A stretch of 64,000 nucleotides of DNA from Candidatus Obscuribacteraceae bacterium (GTDB lineage: Bacteria; Cyanobacteriota; Vampirovibrionia; Obscuribacterales; Obscuribacteraceae): positions 15-64,014 of the forward strand of contig JBGAVL010000002.1 in assembly GCA_044228145.1 (NCBI GenBank), given 5' to 3'. This document shows positions 1 through 7,329 of the stretch, in pieces. The number at the start of each line of letters is the position of its first letter. The first letter of the stretch is position 1. The notes under the pieces are model-generated. The model did not search any database and was not told the DNA's origin. It was given only the letters and a program-made list of their open reading frames with translations. Both the position numbers and the translations under genes were made by a program.

Positions 1-41
1 GTGACAGATAGGAGTGTCTGAGCTAGGTTAGTAGACCCTCT

Positions 42-635
42 TTGTCCGAAGGTGGAAGTTACGTGCTCAATGACGACGCCCTGGTACAAAAGCTCTACAT
101 CGCCGCACCTTGTGATGTTCCATGGGACGGAATGGAAGGAGATAATCGAACTCGCTTTTGCGCACAATGCAAATTGAACGTCTACAACATAGCTGAGATG
201 TCCACCAAAGAAGCGGCGTCACTGATTCGTACAAACGAAGGCCGCCTGTGTCTGCGGCTGTACCAACGAAAAGACGGAACAATAATCACGGACAACTGCC
301 CGGTCGGATTGCGAAAAATTCGCGACAGAATGAAACGTTGTGCCGCCGCGGTGATCATGTCACTTGTTTGGGTCGGGCTTGTTTCCAGTGCACGGGCGCA
401 AGGCTTGGTCGGCGCACCAGTGGATGTTCGATATGGCGTAAGTGGTGAAGTCGGACAGATTGCAGATCTCGAATCTTCGCAACCCATTTTTCTTACGATT
501 GCAACATGGATATCATGCGTCCTGGTGTTTCTGATGACCTGGCTAAGACGCGAAAGGTTATCACTGCTTGGCTCAATGCTCTTGTGCGTTTGGGCACTAG
601 CTGGAGTTGCGTATGGAATAAGCTACTGGCCATAG
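42..635 (+). CDS. hypothetical Cys-rich protein with C-terminal transmembrane helices
   Basis: 197-codon ORF (TTG 42; alternative GTG 63 preceded by AAGGTGGA). The N-terminal cysteine pattern PCDVPW..RFCAQCKLNVYN..CLRL..DNCP suggests a small Zn-binding module. Hydrophobic helices lie in the C-terminal half. No family recognised. Confidence 0.5.
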   Translation: MSEGGSYVLNDDALVQKLYIAAPCDVPWDGMEGDNRTRFCAQCKLNVYNIAEMSTKEAASLIRTNEGRLCLRLYQRKDGTIITDNCPVGLRKIRDRMKRCAAAVIMSLVWVGLVSSARAQGLVGAPVDVRYGVSGEVGQIADLESSQPIFLTIATWISCVLVFLMTWLRRERLSLLGSMLLCVWALAGVAYGISYWP

Positions 636-717
636 TTGGCCTTCCGCTATAGCTCCGGGAAACTCTCGCATTTCGGCGAGATTAAATCTGGTGCTCACTG
701 CTCGATGAATTGAACTA

Positions 718-746
718 TTGACACAGTTCTGCCGTCTCAAATAATG
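718..746 (+). promoter_or_regulatory. sigma70-like promoter of the coiled-coil repeat gene
   Basis: TTGACA (718-723), 16-nt spacer, AATAAT (740-745), about 20 nt upstream of the GGAGGGG Shine-Dalgarno and ATG 767. Confidence 0.4.
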
Positions 747-766
747 TAGAGACGGAGGGGCACGTT

Positions 767-1309
767 ATGGCTAACGATTCCAAACTCATTGAGGTGCTTA
801 GACACGAGCTGAAGAGCGGCTTTGGCATGCTTGGAGAAAAACTGGACGGGACAAATTCAAGGCTAGATGAAACAAACATCAGGCTTGATAGAACTGTCAG
901 TAGGCTTGATGACACAAACACGAAAGTTGATGAATTAAACACGAAGGTGAATGATTTAGGTACAAAACTGAGTGAAACAAACGCGAAGGTGGATGACTTA
1001 GGTTCAAAACTGAGTGAAACAAACACGAAGGTGGATGACTTAGGTACAAAACTGAGTGAAACAAACACGAAAGTGAATGACTTAGGTACAAAACTGAGTG
1101 AAACAAACACGAAAGTGAATGATTTAGGCACTAAGGTAGATGAATTAGGCACGAGGCTGAATGAGTTTGCATCGGATACATCAGCAAAACTGAATGGCAT
1201 CAGCTCATTTTTGCAACAAAGCGAGAAAGCCAGTGCTTTCCTGGAGACTCGCATAAACAAAATCGAGCGACGCGTTGATAAATTGGAAAAACGAGACAAG
1301 CCTGCATAG
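767..1309 (+). CDS. coiled-coil protein built from heptad/14-residue repeats (LSETNTKV(N/D)DLGTK)
   Basis: 180-codon ORF with a strong SD (GACGGAGGGG). The sequence is a low-complexity heptad-periodic TN-K/R-hydrophobic-D pattern throughout. No TM segment or signal peptide. Confidence 0.7.
   Translation: MANDSKLIEVLRHELKSGFGMLGEKLDGTNSRLDETNIRLDRTVSRLDDTNTKVDELNTKVNDLGTKLSETNAKVDDLGSKLSETNTKVDDLGTKLSETNTKVNDLGTKLSETNTKVNDLGTKVDELGTRLNEFASDTSAKLNGISSFLQQSEKASAFLETRINKIERRVDKLEKRDKPA
941..1126. repeat. 42-nt tandem repeat (4 near-identical units 959-1126 plus a partial unit) inside the coiled-coil CDS
   Basis: Units GGTACAAAACTGAGTGAAACAAACACGAA(G/A)GTG(G/A)ATGA(C/T)TTA at 959, 1001, 1043 and 1085. 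The in-frame period of 14 codons equals two heptads. Confidence 0.9.
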
Positions 1310-1344
1310 CCCACTTTTGCTTACAGATTTTCGCTGACTGATTC

Positions 1345-2097
1345 CTAATCCATAAACCGAAACTTCACCAGCGCAAAAATGGCTGCGAAACCGTCTCGCC
1401 ACGTGATCTTCTTGCCTTCTGCATAATCTCTTCCAAAGTAAGAAATCGGCAGTTCTATAAGCCGCACTTTCTGTTTCAAAATCTTGGCAGTGATCTCAGG
1501 CTCGAAGTCGAAGCGGTTGGAGCGAATCTCCACTCTCTTGAAATACTCTGCTTTGAAGACCTTGTAGCAAGTCTCCATGTCGGTTAGCGTGCAGTCGTAC
1601 AAAACGTTCGTCAAAAAACTGAGAAATTTATTGCCCAACAAATGCGTGATTTTAAACGCCCTTGTTGGTTTTCCTCCAGACAGCCTCGACCCATAAACAA
1701 CATCGGCATGGTCTTCCATGATCGGCTTGAGCAACTCGTTATACTCACGAGGGTCGTACTCGAGGTCGGCGTCCTGAATCAGAATGATGTCGCCGGTTGC
1801 ATTTTGCTGAGCGGTTCTCAGCGCCGCGCCCTTGCCCATGTTTTTGTCGTGAAAATAAATCTTGGCGTTGTATTCTCGCGCGTCAAGGGTTGCCAGAATG
1901 TCACGAGTGCCATCAGTCGAACCATCGTCGACAATTATCAGCTCTTTCTCCAGACCTTGCGTTTCAGCCTTGATAACGTTATCCAACACCTGAACCAGCG
2001 TGCCGAGTTCGTTGTAGACAGGTATTAGAATCGAGAGCTTTTTCACGGCCGAAAAACTTTCCTGGTTGCCAATGCCTGTGGTCGCAAAGTGGAGCAC
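1345..2097 (-). CDS. family 2 glycosyltransferase (polyprenyl-phosphate sugar synthase-like)
   Basis: Motifs [23 protein letters not shown] and QDADLEYDP are typical of GT2/Dpm1-like enzymes. GTG 2046 ([13 protein letters not shown]) is a plausible alternative start. Confidence 0.9.
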   Translation of the reverse strand: MLHFATTGIGNQESFSAVKKLSILIPVYNELGTLVQVLDNVIKAETQGLEKELIIVDDGSTDGTRDILATLDAREYNAKIYFHDKNMGKGAALRTAQQNATGDIILIQDADLEYDPREYNELLKPIMEDHADVVYGSRLSGGKPTRAFKITHLLGNKFLSFLTNVLYDCTLTDMETCYKVFKAEYFKRVEIRSNRFDFEPEITAKILKQKVRLIELPISYFGRDYAEGKKITWRDGFAAIFALVKFRFMD

Positions 2098-2238
2098 ACG
2101 GCGCCGTCAAAACCCAGACCAAAACAAGACATCCTAGCATCTTCGGCAGTTATGGACCCACTTGCCAGCAATGATTGAAACAACTACCCTAAGCTCTGAA
2201 AGACCATACAGGCGCCTCCTGATGGAAGAAGGCAGAGA

Positions 2239-3495
2239 TTGACAACCGACGAAAACACTGGCGAGAATCAAGACCAGCTTGTTGCTGCAAAAAAGGCTCA
2301 GGCAACGGCGCGGATTGAAAATATTGTAGCCACGCTCTTTGCCGTACTGGGCATCGTCACATTGGGTGCGCTCACCTACTTGTCGCTGCCTGCGTTCGGC
2401 GGCATTAGTGACTTGCCGGAGTATTACGCGCCGGCAAAATTGATTTTCGACGGCACTGGCGCGCTCGCATATACGATCGCTGGCATCGGAGAAGCGCAGA
2501 ACAAACTCTTTCCCGCCATGGCTGGTCGGGTGGTTCCATTATTCGTTCCACCACAAGGTCTGGCGTTGCTCTCTCCGATAGGGCTGATTCCCCCCGATTT
2601 GATCCGCTATGCATGGAAGACATTGTTGGCGGTCAGTCTGGGAGTGTCGATTTGTCTTTTGAGGAAAACATTCAATCTCGGCTATAAACAGACATGTTAT
2701 TTGATTGCAGCAATAACGCTCTGCGATGCGGCATACAACTCTCTGCGCATCGATCAGCTTGCCCCTGTTCTTTTGTTGTCGTATGTAAGTACGATCCGTT
2801 GTCTCGAAAAAAAACAGGATATTGGCGCCGGATTATGGCTCGCGTTGATCGTTTTAAAACCGCAGCAGTTCTTGCCATTTGTGGCATATCTTGCCGGCGC
2901 CAAACGATTCAAGCCTTTGATCGTATGCCTGGGTATTTTTCTTTTGCTCAGCATCATCGCCTTTGTGCAAATGGGACAAACTGGATTGGCGAACTATGCA
3001 GCGCTGGTCAGCGCACCAAGCAGTCTTCCGTACATGCAACCTGAACTTACGCCCACATTACGAGGGCAGTTGATGCGACTGTTTCCTTCTGCGTCATCCA
3101 GTATTTTTTCAATCACTTCCGCGCTCTATTTGGCAACAATAGCATTGGCAATGTTTGCCGGCTGGAAGTTTCGTAATCGTCAGAATTGGCTGCTATCGGG
3201 CGTTCTAGCCGTGATGCCCCTGGCTCTAGTTATGTCGATGCACTGTCACACTTACGATTTGTTGTTGCTGATTCCGACAATAATTTTGATTTTCAATGAC
3301 TCTCTGGTTCCGTTTGGCCAAGTGTGGAAGCTCGCCGTAATGTTCGGCGCTATAACATTCCTTTTGCCATTTTCAATCGAAATACAACATAACTATCTGC
3401 TCAAAGGTGGGCAGTTCAACCCCTGGTTTTTCTTATTGCTGCCGCTCGCGGTAGCGCTTTTGTTCAAGGTCTTTCGTCATTCAGAGCGGCAATAA
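2239..3495 (+). CDS. polytopic membrane protein, DUF2029/GT87-like GT-C glycosyltransferase (paralog 1)
   Basis: 418 codons with many hydrophobic helices and the loop motif LIVLKPQQFLPF. The architecture is shared with the ORFs at 5992-7293 and 53163-54470. Family assigned from memory of GT87/DUF2029 features. Confidence 0.6.
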   Translation: MTTDENTGENQDQLVAAKKAQATARIENIVATLFAVLGIVTLGALTYLSLPAFGGISDLPEYYAPAKLIFDGTGALAYTIAGIGEAQNKLFPAMAGRVVPLFVPPQGLALLSPIGLIPPDLIRYAWKTLLAVSLGVSICLLRKTFNLGYKQTCYLIAAITLCDAAYNSLRIDQLAPVLLLSYVSTIRCLEKKQDIGAGLWLALIVLKPQQFLPFVAYLAGAKRFKPLIVCLGIFLLLSIIAFVQMGQTGLANYAALVSAPSSLPYMQPELTPTLRGQLMRLFPSASSSIFSITSALYLATIALAMFAGWKFRNRQNWLLSGVLAVMPLALVMSMHCHTYDLLLLIPTIILIFNDSLVPFGQVWKLAVMFGAITFLLPFSIEIQHNYLLKGGQFNPWFFLLLPLAVALLFKVFRHSERQ

Positions 3496-3635
3496 CGGTT
3501 CAGTCACAATTTAATAGCAGCAATACCATAGATTGGTCATGCGCAATCTTGCGCTGCCCTACTTACTAAATCAACTATCGTGCATGCGCCCAGCACGTCA
3601 GTTTTTACTTGACCGAAAACGCCTGGAGTATTCAA

Positions 3636-5957
3636 ATGTGCAAATCATCCCGAGGTGATTCCGATCGCCCTGTCGTTCGTGATGCTTCAACCGACGCCAC
3701 CAGCCAGTCTATGGTTAATATGTCGGATCCACTTGAAGTTCGACGACTTATCGCTTCGCGCAATTCACAAGAGAAACAAGCAAGTCAGTATGCCGGAGAA
3801 CTAAACTTTGACGATCCATATGGTGACTCACAATCACAAAGCTGGCATCCTCGGGATACAAACTCCGAAAAGGCAACCCAGTCAGTGGATCAAGTAAGCA
3901 ACACAGCAAGCTTTCAGCCAAGGGACCCGTCTACAATTTCCGAACTGACTGCAATCTCTGAGGCGAAGCTTCCTGTCCACGCCAATGGTTCGTACCCGAA
4001 TCCCGACCAGTGGGAAGGGCTACATTCAAAGATGGTTCAACGGGCTGAAAAAGCAGCGAAAGACGGTTCCAATCTAGTGTTCTATGGTGACTCCATTACC
4101 GAAGCAATGGGATACAACCCAGAGGCTCTAGGCGCATTCCAAAAGGATTTCGCAAAAGAGAATCCCACTCCTTTAGCCATCGGTGGTGACGGCACTCAGC
4201 AATTGCTCTATCGCATTAACCATGGAGAGTTGCAGGGCGAACCGAAAGTCGCAGTGGTAATGATCGGCACCAACGACCTAGGCAGCCTGTCGACCGAACA
4301 AATAAAAGAAAACACCTCCCAAATAATTGATTCAATCCAAGCACGTAGCCCCAATACCAAGGTTCTTCTCATGGGCGCTTTGCCCAGACCTATCGCCGGC
4401 GATCCCGGCAATGTAAAAGTTGACGCTACAAACAAAGCGATATCACAACTAGCCACGCCGGACGGCGCTGTCCAGTTCGCCGATATCAACGACAATTTCC
4501 TAGATGCAAACGGCAACGAAGTCAGCAGCTTGTATCAACAAGATGGACTTCATCTCTCGAACGCCGGATACCGAATGTGGGCGAATTCGATCAAAGACCA
4601 ACTCGCAAACATGCTCAACTCACCGGACGTACCGCTAAGCTATCCACCGCAGAGTGAGTCTGAACAATACGATCCACCGCAATACAGTGAGCCGCTCTAC
4701 GACGAACCTCAATATGCCGCACCTCAATGTGACCTTCCGCAAAGCTATCCAGTGGAGAGCTATACTCCGCAGAGTTATCCAGATCAACAACAGAGCTATC
4801 CACAACAAAGTTGTGCGCAGCAGAGCTATCCGCAGCAGAGCTACTCACCGCCGAGCAGCGCGTCCCAATACGAGCCGCCGCCTAGCTTCGCGCCGTCGTA
4901 TCCAAACTATGAATACGGCGCTGCAAGTCCCCAAGACAAGGTTTCACCGGTTCCACTGCCGTCTCCGGATTTCCAACCAGCGGGAGAAGGCATCTCGCTT
5001 GACGTAGGTGCAATCCGCGGCGTCAATTTGGACGGAGCGGAATGGCAAAAATGGCGAGCCAACGAAAATGAGTTCTGGCCAACGGCTAAGCACCTGGATT
5101 ACTTCAAGAGCAAGGGCATGAACACTATTCGCCTGCCGATCAGCTGGGAGCAGTTTCAGCCCACCCTCAACGGTCCCTTAGATCAAAACGAAATGAATCA
5201 ATTGCACATTTTCCTGGAAGCTGCCGAAGCACGCGGCATGAAAGTAATTCTCAGCCTGCAGAATTTCAATCGGTACAACCTCAATCACGGTCCGCAAGGG
5301 CAAGGAAGCAATCCAGACGTAGCAGGAACACTGGTCGGAGACCCTGGCGTCCCAGTCTCCGCGTTTCAAGATTTCTGGGCGCGGATGGCTAGAGACGTCA
5401 ATGAAGATCCAGAAGAGAGCGAAGCCATTGGTGGATGGGACCTGATGAATGAGCCCTTTAACACCAAAGGCACATGGGTAAGCACGGCGACAGCAGCTGT
5501 GCAAGCGATTCGAGCAACTGGCGACCAACACGCAGTCGTCATTGAAGGAGATGCTTGGGCAAGAGACTTCAGCGGATTTGAAGCGCTGGCAAAGTCAGAT
5601 CAAAATGTCGTCTTCTCGGCTCACACATACTGGGATAGCGGGTCCGGAGCATATCCGGATAAAAATGCCCCAGCCAATACCAACATAGGAGTAGAAAAGA
5701 TCAAACCCTTTGTTGACTGGCTGAAGCAAAATGATGCTGAGGGCTTCGTCGGAGAATGGGGTGTGCCAACAAACAACCCGGCGTGGAATCCGCATATTAC
5801 CAACTTCATCAAATACCTGAATCAAAACGGCGTGGGCAACCTGGTGTGGGCAGGAGGACCCGGCTGGAAGGATGATTACACATTGAGCGTAGAACCAGTT
5901 AACGGGCAGGACAGACCCATTATGGCTGCCATAGAAGCCGCCAATCGAAGCGCCTGA
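3636..5957 (+). CDS. SGNH/GDSL esterase - P/Q/S/Y-rich linker - GH5 glycoside hydrolase fusion protein
   Basis: SGNH blocks: FYGDSITEAMG, GGDGT, MIGTNDLG, DGLHLSNAGY. The linker carries PQSYP/QQSYPQQS repeats (about 4615-4960). GH5 motifs: NTIRLPISWEQFQP, DLMNEPFN (acid/base), FVGEWGVP (nucleophile). ATG 3636 follows GGAG; the ORF track start is TTG 3609. Confidence 0.8.
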   Translation: MCKSSRGDSDRPVVRDASTDATSQSMVNMSDPLEVRRLIASRNSQEKQASQYAGELNFDDPYGDSQSQSWHPRDTNSEKATQSVDQVSNTASFQPRDPSTISELTAISEAKLPVHANGSYPNPDQWEGLHSKMVQRAEKAAKDGSNLVFYGDSITEAMGYNPEALGAFQKDFAKENPTPLAIGGDGTQQLLYRINHGELQGEPKVAVVMIGTNDLGSLSTEQIKENTSQIIDSIQARSPNTKVLLMGALPRPIAGDPGNVKVDATNKAISQLATPDGAVQFADINDNFLDANGNEVSSLYQQDGLHLSNAGYRMWANSIKDQLANMLNSPDVPLSYPPQSESEQYDPPQYSEPLYDEPQYAAPQCDLPQSYPVESYTPQSYPDQQQSYPQQSCAQQSYPQQSYSPPSSASQYEPPPSFAPSYPNYEYGAASPQDKVSPVPLPSPDFQPAGEGISLDVGAIRGVNLDGAEWQKWRANENEFWPTAKHLDYFKSKGMNTIRLPISWEQFQPTLNGPLDQNEMNQLHIFLEAAEARGMKVILSLQNFNRYNLNHGPQGQGSNPDVAGTLVGDPGVPVSAFQDFWARMARDVNEDPEESEAIGGWDLMNEPFNTKGTWVSTATAAVQAIRATGDQHAVVIEGDAWARDFSGFEALAKSDQNVVFSAHTYWDSGSGAYPDKNAPANTNIGVEKIKPFVDWLKQNDAEGFVGEWGVPTNNPAWNPHITNFIKYLNQNGVGNLVWAGGPGWKDDYTLSVEPVNGQDRPIMAAIEAANRSA

Positions 5958-5991
5958 TGTAGAGGCACAGACTGCGACAATTGATGGAGGC

Positions 5992-7293
5992 CTACTCGCT
6001 CGCTGTTTCGCTAAGCTGCGCCTTTTGTGCTTTCGACAGACGGTTGAAATAAACGAAGGATGAAACGGCAAGAACTATATTTGTGACGAGAATACACGGC
6101 AACTTATAGTCGAAATTGAACGCTGCAAGACTTGATGTAATAAAGCTTACGAGCGGATAGAACAAAAAAGCACAGCACCAAATACGGTATGACCAGTCTT
6201 CTTCCATCATGATTTTCGAAAAACTGACGGATGGCAGAGTCAAGATAGCCGCTACTGCCAATAGCAGACAATCATAATGGTGAACGTGAGGTCCGCACAG
6301 CAAAAGCATTGTCACCGTAAATCCCATACTCCAACCAAACAGCCTTTCGTCTCTTGCCGCCTTGAGCCACACCCAAAAGGAGAGCGCCAATCCGCATACG
6401 AAAGTTACAGCAGTGAAGATAAAAACGACCTGGTTTGTAGTCCAATGCAGTATCTGATACAGGACCAGCGCACGCAAATTAACCTGAAACTCAGGATAAA
6501 CAATATGCGCATATTTATTGTCTGAGCCGAACACGTCCTTCACATAGGCAATATATTCTCCGAAAACGCCGAAGCCATAATGAGAAACAGTGCCAGCTAC
6601 AATGGCAAGAAATGAAAGTGCGGTAAAACCAAGAACTCTCCAGCGGCGTTGCGTCAAGGCAGGAAGAACCAGGAATATGGCGTAATTTGGCTTGATCGCG
6701 GCAATAAGAGCCAGGCATAAACCGGATACAAAGCTTCTCTCCTTGAGCAACCCCCATACATACAGAGCCAGAAAAGCGAGAAGGAAAAAACTGAAAGCGC
6801 CGGTTCTGATCGAAAAAAGCGCAGGTGTATTGGCGATAACAGCAATCAAGATGGCAGCTTGATCTACCTTGTTCAAGCGCGTTTGCGATCTGAGCAAAAC
6901 ATACACTCCCGCCAAACCGATCGGAACCGAGAGATACTTCCACAGAGTGAAGGCACCATCCAGCGATAACATAGCGAGCGGTGTGAGCATCAAGCAGATA
7001 GTGGGCGGGTAGACCATAGGCCAGGCTCGATCGACGTGGAGCGGCGCAATAATCTTATTGGTCCAATCCAGTTGGGCTTGATAGTCGTAAAGGTTTGCCC
7101 CGCTCGCACTCACCTTAGCAGCTTCGTAGAAAGTAAAAAAATCAACCAACCGAATCCCTTCCTTCGTCGACATAATCAGATCCGGATTGGTAGTCGCGAA
7201 TAGAAAGAGAATATTGGCTGCCCAAGCCAGAATCATCGAAAAATAGGCAAACTGAATCTTGGAAGGTGCAAATGGGGTTTTTGAGTTAGACAA
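5992..7293 (-). CDS. polytopic membrane protein, DUF2029/GT87-like GT-C glycosyltransferase (paralog 2)
   Basis: 433 codons; TTG start preceded by AAGGAAG. Multi-TM, with the loop motif LIAAIKPNYAIFLVL analogous to the LKPQ motif of the paralogs. Confidence 0.55.
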   Translation of the reverse strand: MSNSKTPFAPSKIQFAYFSMILAWAANILFLFATTNPDLIMSTKEGIRLVDFFTFYEAAKVSASGANLYDYQAQLDWTNKIIAPLHVDRAWPMVYPPTICLMLTPLAMLSLDGAFTLWKYLSVPIGLAGVYVLLRSQTRLNKVDQAAILIAVIANTPALFSIRTGAFSFFLLAFLALYVWGLLKERSFVSGLCLALIAAIKPNYAIFLVLPALTQRRWRVLGFTALSFLAIVAGTVSHYGFGVFGEYIAYVKDVFGSDNKYAHIVYPEFQVNLRALVLYQILHWTTNQVVFIFTAVTFVCGLALSFWVWLKAARDERLFGWSMGFTVTMLLLCGPHVHHYDCLLLAVAAILTLPSVSFSKIMMEEDWSYRIWCCAFLFYPLVSFITSSLAAFNFDYKLPCILVTNIVLAVSSFVYFNRLSKAQKAQLSETASE

Positions 7294-7329
7294 GTCGGGT
7301 CTTCCTTACTTCGCTGAGAGCTTCTAAAC

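Noticed and set aside
731-757. Hairpin CCGTCTC-N10-GAGACGG as an SD-sequestering riboregulator of the coiled-coil gene
   Set aside because: The 5' arm lies within the spacer of the predicted promoter and therefore upstream of the expected transcription start. It would not be part of the mRNA.
715-1314. 199-codon antisense ORF opposite the coiled-coil repeat gene
   Set aside because: The open frame is a by-product of the 42-nt repeat symmetry. The translation is a Phe/Ser/Val-rich low-complexity string. There is no SD, whereas the plus-strand gene has a promoter and a strong SD.
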